Of a stretch of 64,000 nt of DNA, positions 1 through 14,554 are shown piece after piece. Origin of the DNA: Mizuhopecten yessoensis. Lineage: Eukaryota. Below the pieces are notes generated by a model. The model was not told the DNA's origin. It did not search any database and was given only the letters and a program-made list of their open reading frames with translations. The stretch lies in the NCBI RefSeq assembly GCF_002113885.1, contig NW_018479932.1, forward strand, positions 67,640 through 131,639. Reading direction: 5' to 3'. A program made the position numbers and the translations under genes. The first letter of the stretch is position 1. Every line of letters begins with the position of its first letter.

Positions 1-1582
1 GGTCACTGCTGTTTTATCCAAATTAACAATGTCATTATTCTTTTTTCTGAAAAAGTGTGCATTACAAATTCAACTTGTGTGTTTTCAGTAGCTACGCTAA
101 ATGATAAGCTTTTTATTCTTTATTTGTGTTTATTTATAGCTCTATTATTTAGTCCTCTCTTTGTGTTACAAACAGATGTCCACGATGGACTGCCACGCCT
201 TCCCAGTGTCATTTCGAAAAGGAAGCGGGTCAATGTTGTGATAAGCTCATCTGTAGTGGCGGAGTATTGCCGGGTGTTCCTCAAATCAGTCCAACCACAA
301 CGACGTAGTGTATTGTATTCAATTTAAAACCTTTTCATAACAATGTTTGTATTCACAGTAATAAAAAATAAAGATGGGAAATGTGTTATCCTTATTTTTG
401 ATTTTTAGAGAAACTCACTTACGCTCACTTACGCTCTCTACACCCCTGGAATATGTCCAAGCAAAATCGAAGGCTCAGTGTGCGCCACCATGTTGATGAG
501 AAAAAAGAAGACTAGTTCGATCCTCTGATGTACATCAAAAGAATCACGCGGTAGTGTAACGGTACAAATTGACTGGCTTTGAAGTCGATGTCGCTCATCT
601 GTTATCTTCAAAGGACATGTATCAGCCGAGCGATTGGTCAGGTTTATTAACCTGAGACCAATCACACATCTACATGTATCTTCGTGCCTTTAATTTCGAT
701 ATTGGATCTATTTGATACTTCTATACATGTTCTTCTGTTTTCGCCGAGCCGGAAGAGCCTTTTTAAAGGTTGAAGCTGCTACATTTTGTAGTTTGAAGCC
801 AGCCGTTACATCTCTTTTTTTTCTTTCTATCTTTGTCAAAGAAGCAATATCAACGATAACATCTTATTAAACACTTGATCCTTACAAACGTTTGTTTATT
901 GGAAATTGGTGCATAGGACAAAGAAGTAATTCCAACAGTTGGGCGCATTCCGCTCCATTATCGAGACATAGCACCAGTTTCCTCTGGCACTGACACCAGT
1001 CTTGCGCACTGCTTTATGTAAAACGTGGAACTTTCCGACACCGTTTGGTGTCGGAGAGTTTTGAGGTGGTGGTAATAAAACTCGAATATGGCACAACATA
1101 TGTCTCACGTAAATTGATAGATGGATTATTGATTGATCCTAATTAATCCACTCTTATTATCACCAACAGCTGCTTAATTCCATCGGTAAAGTCCTCGATT
1201 AACAATCGTTCAAAATATCCCACGTATCGGTCAACAAAAAATTCATGGAAGTCAATAGATTTCCTTTAATTGTGTTTAAGATAAACCTCCTGTGGAGCAT
1301 ACTTATCCCCTATATTCACGCAGAGGATCAATTACAGACGATCTCGTCATATCGAGGATCATTCCGCAATGAGGACCCATTATATACTATACACGAAAAG
1401 GAAAACACAGATAAAAGGGAAAACATTACGCACACCAAGACACTAGTATATGTAGATGCAGTTTTAAACCTTTTAAACCCAATTTGAAATGTTCACAGTA
1501 GTCTGAGGAAACGTTGGCAATACTTTCAAACTTCAATCAGTCTTACTCCAGTGTTTCTAGTAAAAGCGAAAATCAACAGTAG

Positions 1583-4500
1583 ACGTTACTTACATAACCA
1601 GACACACAGGTATAAAACCTGACTATTCAACATGACCTTTAAGGATGAGACATGATTTAGATTATTCAGAGTGAAGTGCGCATGACAGGGCAGCAGGACG
1701 TGTTTTTTCGACATCGCGGCTAAAACATGTTGTATATGGCTTAAACTACACCAATGAGGTTCAAGGGTAGAAGGAATAGAAAGGGAAAATCTATTTACCC
1801 AAAGGGAATACGGAGATGATTGAATATGGAGGATGGCAAGGAGGAAGTTGAAGAGAAAAGTTGAAAAGAGGGACACACCCGTCGACTGTTCAACCTAGTG
1901 TAACAATATAGCGGACGGTCAAAACAGTCAGATATTTTCAGAGACAGACTCCTCTATTAATACACATTGATCCACACCGTCCCCTCAATAAACTATACCC
2001 CACCCCCTGCATCATTCATGTTCCCTGGATTCATCGGATCGGCCTCGCCAATTTATTCACATGTCACTATGCCACATCTCGTGCAAGGGTTGCCAGAACC
2101 GGCTCACACCGGTATGAACAGTGTCCCACAATGGGCGACAGAGCTACTGGCAAGAATTATGCGGATAAAAGGTTATGAGGAGAAAATATTTCAGGGGATG
2201 AGGGAGGAAATTAAATAGTCAACGTCTAGGGTAGAAAGAATCGAGAACTCCGACATTCCAGATGGACGAGAGGTGCGCGCCGCCATTAGTGAAATGTACT
2301 CGTCAACGGAGTCGCTGAAAACGAGCGTCACATACCTTCAATGCAGCTCAATGAAAGAGAGCCTGTTGTTTTATGGGATCAAGAGGAACAAAATAAGGAC
2401 TGCATACGGGTGATAAACGATTTCTGTGAAGTCGAACTGAATATTCCAGACGTGGGCAGATATATAGACCGCGCCCATAGAATGGGGCCCAACAAACGCG
2501 GGCAAAGTAGACCAATAGTAGCGCTTTTTCAGGACTTTAGATGTCAGGAGCATGTAAGGTCGTCAAGTCACCTCCTTCAGGGGAAACGCTAGGTATCTCA
2601 GAACAATTTCCCAAGGAGATAAAAAGATAACAGCAAGCAACTATACCCTGTATTAAAACAAGCCAAACGTGAGAGGAAGAAGGCAATGTTAGTGAGGGAC
2701 AGACTATATATCGAGGGAGTCCTGCATGTACCACCGCCAGGACGGAACGCCACACGCAGGAATGTAAGTAGCATCTCCCACGGGGATAGGTGACAACGTC
2801 AAACGCCTGGACAACATTCAAGGATAACAAACCCACCGGGCATCCCCCAATAGGACAGGAACGAGAATGCGCGCAAGCAGAGACCAAATTAGAAAACAAA
2901 GGTAATTAAAATATATCATCTTTTACGATATTATGTGCCTCAGTGAGTGTTGGATTAATGATGAATTTATTCCACAATCTAAAAGCTTTCTGTTACAAAA
3001 TTGCATTATTCGATCGAAAACAAAGTGTAAGCAAGGAGGTGGGATGATTCTCATTTATAAGGAAAATCTCAGTGAATATGTAAGTGTGTGTGAGGTAACC
3101 GATGAATCGTTAGTTTGGATAAAGATCACCAAACAATATGCTGAAGATGTGTATCTGTGTTTAGTGTGTATACTACCCTATAAGGCAAATTATTAGAATT
3201 CATATGAAAATGATTTATTCGAGGAGTTGGAGCGTGATATGCAATGTTTCTCATCACAAGGCAAAGTGATCATAGCTGGAGACTTTAACAGCAGGACGGG
3301 AAACCGGCCAGATTTTGTCCAAGAGGATTCCATACATCAAACCCTGACAGCACAGGTATCAGGTACTGTGAACTACACAGGAGATATATATATACCGCCG
3401 CGTGTGAACCCAGATAGTACGGTGAATACATTTGGAAATCATATGTTGAACTTGTGCAGAACAACTGGACTCCGTATACTGAACGAACGACATCATCCAC
3501 ACATGAACAGCGATTATACATTTAATGGATCGCTGTTCATGTGTCGGTCGTCGACTACGTATTGACAACAAGTTTCAAACTTGATTGTGAGTAGTTTCAA
3601 TACACTCTGACCACGCCCCCATGCACTTTGAACTCTGCATATCATTTGATGCTGTCACTGGTGAGCGCAACAGTACGCATATGCCAAACGGGAGATAATG
3701 TGTGTCAAACAGATGGTCAGATCAACACAATGACGATATTATTGAGGCAGTTAATGAAAGAATAGTAGAACTCGAAACGCTAGTACGCGACAGCACGTTT
3801 AGTACCCAGGAGGAAACGGACAACACAGTGCAACAAATATGTAGCATGTTTTATGACATTCCTTTCATATGTAAAAAAAACACCAATGTCGGTGAGAAAT
3901 GTGAATCACATAGGTAAACACACAGTTGATAAACAGGAAGACAATCCATGGTTCAATGAAGAGTGTAAACGAAAATACAAAACTTATTTATCATTCCTTA
4001 GAATATTCAACAGTGATAAAAATTTCGAAACACACAGGAATGTACATAATGCAAAGAGGCCAAATAAGACATTAGAAGGACGCCTCAAGCGTGAATATAA
4101 GCGAGATGAAGGTGATATGTTTGATAATATGAGGAAACGTAATCCAAGACTATTCTTCAAATATTTTAGCAAGCGGAAGTCGGTTAAAACTTCGAACTTT
4201 AATATTGATGATTTTCGTAGCTACTTCAAAAGTCCTGTGCCATCTAGTGATGGAGATAACTTGGACAGTGACGGTCAACAGCACCCAGATGAAGATGTAA
4301 CAGTGTGTATACCCTGAACTCGATAATGAAATTACAGACGAAGAGATCCTTACTGCGATCAGAAACTTAAAAAAGAAATAAAGGACATGGAACAGATGGC
4401 ATTATAAACGAACTTATCATTGAGTGTAAACATACTATGTTACCCGTTATTAAATCAATGTTTAATAAAATCTTAGATCAGGGACATTTTCCTACGCGAT

Positions 4501-6610
4501 GGGCAAAGGCAGCTATCGTGCCTTTATTTTTAAAAAAGGTGATAAAAATGACCTCAGTAACTATCTTGGTATAAGTCTATTAAGCTGTCTTGGGAAACTT
4601 TTTACTCGTACAGTGAACAATCGATTGTTTTCATGGGCTAACACAAATGAAATTATTTCTGATGCACAATTTGGATTTAGATCTGGTTATGGAACTACAG
4701 ACGCAATTTTTGCTTTACATTCTTTAACTAATAAGACATTCTCACAAAATAATAGACTATATTGCTGCTTCGTCGACTACAGGAAAGCTTTTGATACTGT
4801 AAATCGATCTAATTTAAGGCTAAAACTTTCAAATCACACACGCATACACTACACGCATGCATCTTGCACACAGGGGAGGCCGTCCTTAAATGACCATAGC
4901 TGTTGATAGGACGTTAAACAATGCGAAACCAAACCAAACTGTCAAAATGTGGGATTAGAGGTAATTTGTTATCAATTATTTTTTCAGTGTATAAATGTGC
5001 AAAATCATGTGTCAAGTAAGATGGATTTTATTCAGAATTTTTCACTAATGAGATTTTATTATTTCAAGGTGAATGCTTATCGCCAATAATGTTCTCAATA
5101 TATGTGAACGATTGTGAGATGGAGTTTATACAAGAAGGTAACATGCCATACGAGTTAAAAAAGCCTTTTTCTACTTATGTATGCCGATGACATGGCGCTG
5201 ATATCAGAATCAGTGGAGGGACTTCAAAAGTCACTTGACACATTACTATTTTTATCTGAGAAATGGAAGCTAACTGCTAATACTCAGAAAACTAAAATTG
5301 TTGTTTTTCGAAAGTCTGGGAAGGCTCGAGATAATGAACATTGGTTATATGATGGTGAAAATATAGACGTTTTTGATGAATTTAATTATCTAGGATTATT
5401 ATTCAACTATAACGGAAAATTTACTAAGACTCAGCATAAGCTATCTGAGCAAGGTCGAAAAGCGATGTTTGCACTGAGCTCAAAGACACGGAAGTTTGAT
5501 TTTAATGTACAAACTATGTTATCATTATTCAGAACTTATGTGCGCTCAATTATCAATGATGGAACCGCGAGATCTGGGGATGTTACTGTGCCAAGAATAT
5601 TGAAAAAGTACAAATGCATTTTTTAAAGCAAATGTTAGGGGTGAAGCGAAGTACAGCTAATTACATGATATATGAGGAATTAGGAGTATATCATCTGATT
5701 ACAATAAGAAAGTTGAGAGTGTTCAAATTGTGGTTGAAATTAGTACATAGTCAGAATTGTATTATGACTGAAATATAAAATGATCTTATGGAAAGGTTAA
5801 ATGTTATTGATATCGGGGATACCCAGATGACAATAGATGTAATGCATGGTTTGGATATTATTAAAGAAAGACATTTTGATTGTTGTGTACAAGAAATAAG
5901 GATTCAGATAGCTGAATCGACCAAATGTAGCATGTACAGACACCTAATATGTGCACAAAGTTTTGATATGAAAATTTATCTCAGGAAACCTATCCAATTC
6001 AAGCACAGAAAAGTTATTACGAAACTCAGAATGTCTAGTCACCAGTTAGAAATTGAGCAAGGTAGATATATAAATGTACCAAGGAATTTAAGAATCTGTA
6101 AATGATGCAATTTAGGTATTGAGGACGAATACCACTTTGTGCTTAAATGTCCATCTTTTCAGATACTTAGACATATTCACATGAAACATAGTATTGGTCA
6201 AAACCCAGCCTGTTAAAATGTATCAGTCTTATGATCTCTAGCAATACATCTGAATTATGCAAATTTGGAAAGTTTCTGCTCAAAGCTTTTAAGTTGAGAG
6301 AGAATCTGAAAATAAATTTAAATGTTTGAACCAACAACAATGTATTCTTTTTCAATACATTATTCTTTATTAATTGTACTTTAACTAGTACATCATTATG
6401 ATGCACATTCCTTCAAAATACATGTCACTTATTTTATAACTAGTATATCATTATGATGTACATACATTCAAAATACATGTCACTTATTTGTTTACACATG
6501 CAAACTGCCGCCCTGGTAAGCATGTATTGTATATGTATGGATTGTAGTAATACCCTGTACCTATAAGTTGTAAACTTTTGGAAAATAAAATGAACATGAA
6601 CATGAACATA
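1583..6610 (+). mobile_element. Decayed near-full-length non-LTR retrotransposon (LINE; RTE-X-like, CR1/L2 group not excluded) with ORF1, APE endonuclease, RT and C-terminal CCHC finger; many stops and frameshifts
   Basis: ORF1 motif IDRAHRMG..RPIVALF (2341-2592). APE motifs CLSECW, GGG and AGDFNSRTG (2933-3565). RT motifs KKGDKNDLSNY.GISLLSCLGKLF, QFGFR, FVDYRKAFDTV, QGECLSP and YADD (4499-5626). C-terminus KLRMSSHQLEIEQGRY..RICK.C..IEDEYHFVLKC. 3' end aataaa followed by (atgaac)n at 6584-6608. The 5' boundary is uncertain. Confidence 0.9.
4834..4935 (+). mobile_element. 5'-truncated SINE tail inserted into the LINE RT domain
   Basis: Flanked by aaactttcaaa (4823-4833) and aaactgtcaaa (4936-4946), a TSD with 1 mismatch. 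Removing it restores the RT reading KLSKCGIRGNLLSII. The tail gtccttaaatgaccatagctgtt..acgttaaac..(aaacc)n recurs near 43220, 44520 and 53465. Confidence 0.8.
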
Positions 6611-7412
6611 ATAGAAAGCGAAACTCACAGAGTGCACAATCGTTTTCTTTTTAAGTAAGGGAGATAATTCATCAGAAATATTTCAAAACATCCGGGACAA
6701 ATAATTTTATAGTGAAAGCGTGTCAATTAAAAATTTGTTAAGAAAAACGTTATCTATTATTTTTAATTATTATAGTTTTTATTTGAAAATATTTGTAATT
6801 TCATGAGTAAAAAAGCAAGTCACGTTGTAATATTCAAATGGAAATATTCTAAATTAAAAAGTCTAATTAATTTTTGTTTTTTTTGTTAACGAAGTTGGTT
6901 ACATTTTGAATGAATGATTCAAATAGATTACATGTAAAATATTATTAACTTTAGACCCACTTTCATTGGTGAATTTTGTCACTCGCGTACTATCATATTT
7001 TCCCATCTTTTCACACCCGTGATAAAAAAAAAACCACACTTGGTGATGGTTTACGTCCTTCGTTCAGGCGTCCAGATAAAGACAAATTCGATTAAAAAAA
7101 TCCTAGTCTCTCTGAGTGGGAGTACTCCTCGAACTTCATTAATTCTTTTTTAATCAAGTTGACTTTGAGAAGTATTAGAAGATGATTCGTTCCTGATCTG
7201 TTGAGTCGTTCTCTGTGTTTGACGCTAGTCAATGGGAGTTATCGCCCTTGGTACACTTCAGGCGTGCATAGTTGTGTTTAATCACTATTAACCTCCTGTG
7301 GATCATATTGATGTAGAATTATAACTTAATTACCTAACTTTCCTGACAAAGAAATACAATTTCAGCATGCAAAGGACACCATGTTACTGACGCAACAGTG
7401 TGAAAGGATCTA

Positions 7413-8720
7413 CAAGGCCCTTTTTTGGGCCCCGGTATATTCGGATTTTCACCACCTTATTTTGTTCAAAGATTTATGGCATGTTTAATGCAATGTAACA
7501 AAAAGTGACGAAAAGTAATTAAGAAATAATATGTGTAGCAGCTAGCATTGAATGTAACAAATAAATCGTATGAAATCAACAAAAGGATTTAACTGTTAAT
7601 TGCAAGCATTAACTTGAACGAACAACTTAGTCTCTCTTTGCGTTTTCAAAGCATAAACTATCTGACTTTTGGTCAGTGTAACATGTCAAACGCACCTCCT
7701 ACTACTATAAACACTCTAGATCTACTGAGCCTGTTTTACCTACATACATTCATATAGACTAGTATTGTCAGGAAATATTTGCTGTTAGGCAAGGAGATGC
7801 ACTTTGGTCCTTGTACTCTAAATCACAGGAAAAGGTGTTTTTAAGTAAAAAGGCATTGTTGGATATGTATGAAACTTTCACAAATTAAATATCATCGTAT
7901 AACTAACATCTATGCCAAGTTGCATGCTTATCCCCAAATGCTTTCCTTGAGGCTAGGAGACTTAAATTACCAGCAAATCAAACTTCATATATTGAATCAA
8001 TCATGTTACAGTAGTTGTTGTGGCAAATGCCATTTTTGATTTGTAAGTTAACTTTGATAGGTAAAAAAACAAATCAGGACCTGGAACCCACTTCAGACAC
8101 AGGTGTTGAGCAAATATTATGTGATATATATAGTACACAATACTTACAAATGATAACTTATACTTATAGCATATAAAGGGTGTCATGCACCTTTAATTCA
8201 CTTAAAATTGAGAGATATTTGAAATAGCCAAGTTTGAGATGTGTCCAGAAGCCATAACTCAGTATAAAACAAAAGGAAAGTATGTAGTCAATGTGCAATT
8301 TATGTAAATCTACTTAAATGAATGAAGTTGTAACTTTCAAGTTAAGATATTAATTAGAAAGGAAATGATTGAGAAAACAAATTACTTTTCAATTGAAAAT
8401 GACCGAAAAGACTCCCCCGACTTAATCCTTCGTTTTATATAGTGACGATTGAATTTCTGTCATTTTTCATTCTGTTACATATGCCTGTCTAATTTATACA
8501 TGTTTTCAAAGACAGAAATGGTATTATTTTGGTTTTTAAGCTCAATTTGAAAACAGCAAACTATATTTGTAATTTACCCTACCCCTTTTGGTACCCCCAT
8601 GAAACCCACTTACGGTCAAAATTTTACCGTCGTTTTTCCGCATGTCATACAATAGGACATCTTTGAACGAAATAGGGAGGTGAAAATCCGAATATACCGG
8701 GGCCCAAAAAACGGGCCTTG
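7413..8720. mobile_element. Non-autonomous DNA transposon, Tc1/mariner-like (TA target)
   Basis: TIRs of about 60 bp: caaggcccttttttgggccccggtatattcggattttcacc..gttcaaagat at 7413 and its reverse complement ending ccttg at 8720. TA on both sides; no coding capacity. Confidence 0.85.
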
Positions 8721-8961
8721 TAGACACTCATCCTTTGCAATTTTGAGTATGAAACACTGGTAAACAATATAAATCATTATGTTCTCCACCCTTCAAAACC
8801 ACATTCTGAAAATTTGTTGTGGAAGTCACACTTTCTGGGCCATGACAGAATTTTGCCTCAGATGTAGTATGTCAAAATGATTAACATTGTACCATACAGC
8901 TGTCCTTCTAGGCCTTACCGGTAATGTTAGGGGATATATGGTGGAATAACAAAGGTAAGGT

Positions 8962-9141
8962 CAGGGGCATAGCTAGCCCTTCGATTCGGAGACGATTAAT
9001 TTAGGAGCGGGTCCAAGGCAGCGCCTTGGTAGTGGTACATGGGGTGTAACAAGCAGTGTTTTTGTTTTATTTTGGTTGTTGTTCTGTTTGAAAATTTAGT
9101 GGATTCATCTGTGTACCAGCGTATAGGCAGCTAAGCGCCTG
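8962..9141 (+). mobile_element. Short hAT-like MITE, same family as 34883-35064
   Basis: Starts caggggcatagctagccct and ends ggattcatctgtgtaccagcgtataggcagctaagcgcctg, clearly homologous to the 34883 copy. No TSD is preserved. Confidence 0.6.
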
Positions 9142-9940
9142 GCAGTACATTGTTCTAATAATAATACCCGGCCTCCTCTGCTCCGGTCGGGTATTAAATC
9201 GATCCCGTGCCTTGTAATGGAGCAAGCCCGGTGTGAATCACACCAGGGCGATTTTAGAATTAATTGGCATCACATTGGTCCGCATCCATACGTTCTTGTA
9301 ATAGGGTTGAAGTATGAAACATTTCTGTTGATATCCTGCACAACTTGAAGTTAAACTCTGCCTAAAATGTCGTTAAATTATCAAGTTAACGTACGTAGCA
9401 AGCGCAAGTGAAATCTGAATTGACCGCCATGTTGGAAAGTTCGTCTCTCTTCCGATTTAGGTCAGACGTCTAAATATGGGTGTCATGACCCAATATGGAA
9501 GTCGTAGTACATGTTAACATGGCGGCATCAGTATTAATAATATATTTGGCCATGTAAAGGATAATTGAAATGACATCACGCGGACTTGGTTAATTTCGTG
9601 AAAGAGTTTTTTTTTCATTGGTAAGGATTCGTTTTTTCAACAATTATGTAATATTTTGATAACATTATATTCATATGAGGTGTGAATTATATGTAATCTT
9701 ACAGATTAACACTTTCGATTTTGCTCCATAAGTTGTCATAGGACCGCTTCGTAGCTCTGACGCCGTAACATATAAAAAAAATCGTCGTCAGAAAGCTACG
9801 TTATCGCAGTTAAGCGCCTGGAGCCGCGTAAAACCCCCATGAATAAGACGTATTTCAAAAATTAGTCCAGTACTGTTAATTTCAGAATTAATATCAAGGT
9901 AACGGTAAACCTTGGAAACTGAGAAATCCACTAGCAGTGT

Positions 9941-10072
9941 CTACCACCTTGTATCTCGCCTACCACCTTGTAAATCGCCTACCACCTTGTATCTCGCCTA
10001 CCACCTTGTAAATCGCCTACCACCTTGTATCTCGCCTACCATCTTGTATCTCGCCTACCAACATGTATCTCG
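9941..10072. repeat. Minisatellite, 19-20-bp unit ctaccaccttgtatctcgc, about 6-7 copies
   Basis: Direct tandem repeats with alternating atctcgc/aaatcgc variants. Confidence 0.9.
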
Positions 10073-13000
10073 AAGTATGGCCGTAAAATAGTCACAGGTT
10101 ATCGTAAACTGTAATTGATACAGCATGCCAAAAATTAATTTGACTTCACCGTGCAGCTTGTTTGGCCTTTATCAGACCTTTTGGTGATGCTAGGTCACAA
10201 AAAGGCGTTATTCCAACTCGGTCTATGCATACATGTATGATTGCGTCACTGAATCAGATTCCTTTTTTTATTCACTATGAGCATCAAACGCGAGCTCACC
10301 AGTACAGATTAAATACAACCATTGAAAATTCAACTACAGAATATTATCATTATAGATACACAAATAATGATTTAAATCTCGCAATTATTCATGAGCGTAT
10401 ATGGTTAAGTTGAATCAATTCTTTGCTCGAAAATGTTCGTGAATGAACATTGTCTTCCGGCACAGAGACTATCAGACGACATGCATCAATAAGTTATGAT
10501 ACTTACAAGTTATATATATATACATGTATATATATATAATAAAAAGGGATTAAATGTCCATGTGAAGGAAGTAAAAATAGAAAAAATAAGATTAACGACC
10601 GACTAAGCACCTATCTGCTTTATACAAAAGAACAACGTCGTGACGTCACAATTACATGTCATCACACTACAATAGTAACGTGACGTCACGAAGTACACAA
10701 GATTGGTGGACAATTTGGCGTAAAATTTTACTGTGGCCTGTTGAGGCTTGGCTTTAATATTTTGATTAGTTGGTCTTCTTTCGTTTCTCTTAAAATAGTG
10801 TCTGATGAAAATATATATTTATATTTTTTGTCTCGGGGAAATAAAATATTTGAAAAAGAAAAAGAAAAAAACTTATAAATTATTTTAACATTAAAATCAA
10901 AACAATCATTCTTTCTTGTTAACGCATCGCTTAAAGTCCTATTATTGGTTCTGTCAAAGCTTTATCTATCTATAGTAATATTCCAAAATTAAAGATCATA
11001 TATAAATGTATCTTAGATACTTTAATTATGTAAACTGTAAGCTGATTGGTCCGTTTTATTTTAGAATTTCTCTATTTAGGACTTATTAGCTTGTTATATT
11101 CTGTGCTGGGGTACACAATATATTGCCTTCTTGTTCATGCACAACAAGGTTGGCACTTACGTACACGAAGGAAGTATGCATGTGGCATGTTCTTTGAGCT
11201 AAAAATGTACGGCAAGCTTAAAAACAGGTTTGAATGTCGAAACGTAGAAAACCTCCTTCTTGTCTTCCGTCCATATATATTCACACTTTCCTATGCTTTC
11301 GATCAATCTTTGCTTTGTTTTTCCCTTTTGCGCGCCTGGTGATAATCTTCGGATGAAGGACTACCAGTCTACCGACAAAAGCATAAAGCTGTCGTTTTCT
11401 CACTTTAGGTGACCTCCTAAGAATTCCCTGCTGACCCCCTACAGGGGTCACCTCGTGATGGCGATTGACCTTCAAATTAAGACATTTTTTGCCTGAAACG
11501 CGTCAAACCTATTGTATCTTACTGTGTATATTTACATTCTTGCTGTTTGTTCTGTACATAAATCTACCAACAGAAAACAACTGCCATAAGACCATAAATA
11601 CACTATGAATACAACGATTCTCGTGCAACCAGTCAGCTGATTTCACACTCAATGATAACTTCATATTACTACGCACAGTACCGTTTCTGAGAAGAGTAAT
11701 CTCCCTTTCCCCGAGATAACGTGTAATTGCTAGAAATAATAATAAACATTACAAAAATCATAAATGGCGCACCATTGTACCATTAATATTACTATTTTTA
11801 ATTAAAAATTAAATGAAATATTTATAACATTGTCACATTAAATACTGACTTCCGACTCGCAATCGGTTCCTCGTGGTCACGAACTTTCTAGCACACAAAC
11901 GTCCGGCTGGGTAATCCCCGTGACATCAACTTTGTAATGACACAGGGCACTTCAACCGTCAACTTATCATCATTTACATCTGCAGGTTTTTTGGCAAACA
12001 GCACATTCAACGACTGTACATTTAACTTCAAATGAGCTCTAGATATAGGCCGATGCCTACTGCCGACGGGTATGGTTATGATTCTAATTCACTACGTTCA
12101 ACCGAACGTAAAGCATTTATCATATAAACTCAACACCTATGTATGGGAGTGGCCTTCGACGGTCAACCGTTTTATTAAAGGAAGAAGTACATGAAATACA
12201 AAGGGCACGTGCCCGATCCTTCTTCCCTTCTCCCTTCTTTCGTCCTGAATCCGGATCCTGGCAGACGCTAGGAATTCCCTTCCGGAATCATCCCTGGAGT
12301 TCGTGCCTGTCTCAAGGAAAACGGGGACATTTCGTAATTCTATGATTTAACAAAAGGAAATTTCTTGAAGTGAATCGATGAACCGTCAAGACTTAAATGA
12401 CTATGTTACCGTCAAACTACCTGTATTACTATATAGACACCCGTGTCGCACCTGTAACACGTGCGGTTACACGTTACACGTCCCGCCTCACGCGGCTACC
12501 TGTGTCCCCTTGGCCTCATATCCGGACACTAGTACACCTGTACTACATGTACCTGTACTACATACATGACGGTATACCGTGACTATAATAAATTTAAATA
12601 TATAATATGCAGTGTATCAACTTTCAAAAAAGAAAGGAATATCAAGTGTTGGTTACATGTATTATTAGATTCTACATATATATTTTCGTTTCAACAAAAT
12701 CAGCTGATCAGCGGAAGTGGAATATTTGAAGTGTGTGTGTAGGCTGGAGTTCTGGATGTTACTTTTTATGGTTTCCTGTCCGATACTGATATCAAAAATA
12801 CTTAATTTACAAAAAGTGTTGTAACTTTGTTTTATTGTAGTTCAATCGTAACGTAAATATATGAATTAACGCGCAATCGCGCTCCACAGGATATGTAGAT
12901 CAGCTACTGCCAGTCATTGCCGCAATGTTCAGCTGTACATGAAAAAAATCCATTCAATATCTATATAATAATTACAAATGTGAACTTTTTTTCTGATAAC

Positions 13001-13423
13001 GCACAGCAACGCACAGAATCTGAGCAATTACATATGTTTTATATTTCTTATATATCTAATGGTAGGGGTTGTTTACGTGATGGCTACAGCGATAACAAAT
13101 CAGAAACCAAGATGGTGAAAACGAAATCAGTTCTTGCAGAGACCTAAAGTGTTAATTTAGGTCTATGGTTCTTGCCATGGAAAGCATACTCTGGAAACTT
13201 TCGTTGCGAGGAGAAATATATTTATTTATAACCAACCAATCAGTGTCAGGGAAACTGCGACCACGTGGGAGTACTTTGTAAGTGGTTTGTAAAGTTAATG
13301 ATACATAGAAAAACAATAATATGATTTATTGATACATTTTTTTTTTTGTTTTTTTTTTGTAATAATTGTTACATAAACACTGTCTTCAAATGGAAAAACG
13401 TATAATACCTAAATTAATGCACA

Positions 13424-13620
13424 TGGGGAAACTTTCGCCCAGTCAAATATTCGCTCTTTGCCGATAAAATCCATGTTCGCCTTGTGTTTCTTTCGCCCAA
13501 CACACGTTATTACTATACATTGTATGGTGTGTACTAACATTCGCTGTAATGATAAATTCGCCTTCATTTTGGGGAGGGCGAAAAAGGCGAAAATTAAGCT
13601 GCGGCGAAAATTCCCCGGTA
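13424..13620. mobile_element. MITE with internal ttcgcc/ggcgaa subterminal repeats
   Basis: Inverted termini ggggaaactttcgcc ... ggcgaaaattcccc, with multiple ttcgc motifs that switch orientation. Confidence 0.55.
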
Positions 13621-14554
13621 TATATGTGAATTACAGTTCGTCATTATAGTTCTTGTGTGTGGTTATTTGTGTTTGGCACATACATGCACAAATATGGACG
13701 ACAATGTTCACGAAAATGAAACATACACCGAGATCAGCCATTATTTATAAAACACGCATTTAAATTTCAACAAAAGTAATGTTCATGTATGTAATTATGT
13801 AAAATTACACGTCTCTTAGAATTTCGGTATGGATTTTAAATATGAAAGCTATTTAAATAAGCTGTTTGGCTCCGTTTAAATTGTTTAGCTTATTGTCCAA
13901 AATGTTTTGCACATATTGTACAATTTTAGTACAAAAGTACACCAGAAAATATCTGATAGTAAAGATTTAAGATAGCAATGAACAGGTGTTCCCCTTTTAA
14001 CTCCACTTTTGATGTGTAACAGATTCAAATGTAATGAAATGAGGTGAGATATTATTTACCACATTGCTTAAAGTACAATAGCGAGGCACGATCGCAGGTA
14101 CCGGTCGCGCACGTGCAGCACGTGTATAATTGTGTTTAAAGATGATATTGGTACACTTGTTAGTATGTTTGTATATTTAATAAGTTTGTATGCGGTAGGG
14201 AAGAAGAGATAATCATTTCCTCAAACTGATGCCAAATATATAGTTGTCATGCATGACTTGCATGACTTTCATGCCGTACGCTTGTACTTTGGTCATACAT
14301 GCTAGTACAATGTAACTCGGTCGCTGCTGAAGGAATACACGTGTTCAATCATATCTGTAATTCTCCCGATATAGTGTACATCTTTACAGAATAACAGCAA
14401 TCCCGTTATGTCTATCGCGGAAAAGTACAAGTCATTAACTGTCAAGATTCAAACTGATGAATAAAGGTTTATCAACCATCCTAGAACGTTCGCATAAAAT
14501 GATAGTCGAAGCCTATATTTACATGTACCCTGGATTGTTAATATAAACTTAGTT

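Noticed and set aside
896-1108. THAP-domain-like peptide (GV.FH..W..W..VLC..F)
   Set aside because: It lacks the CxxxC start, the FP motif and the zinc-binding His; the resemblance is too weak.
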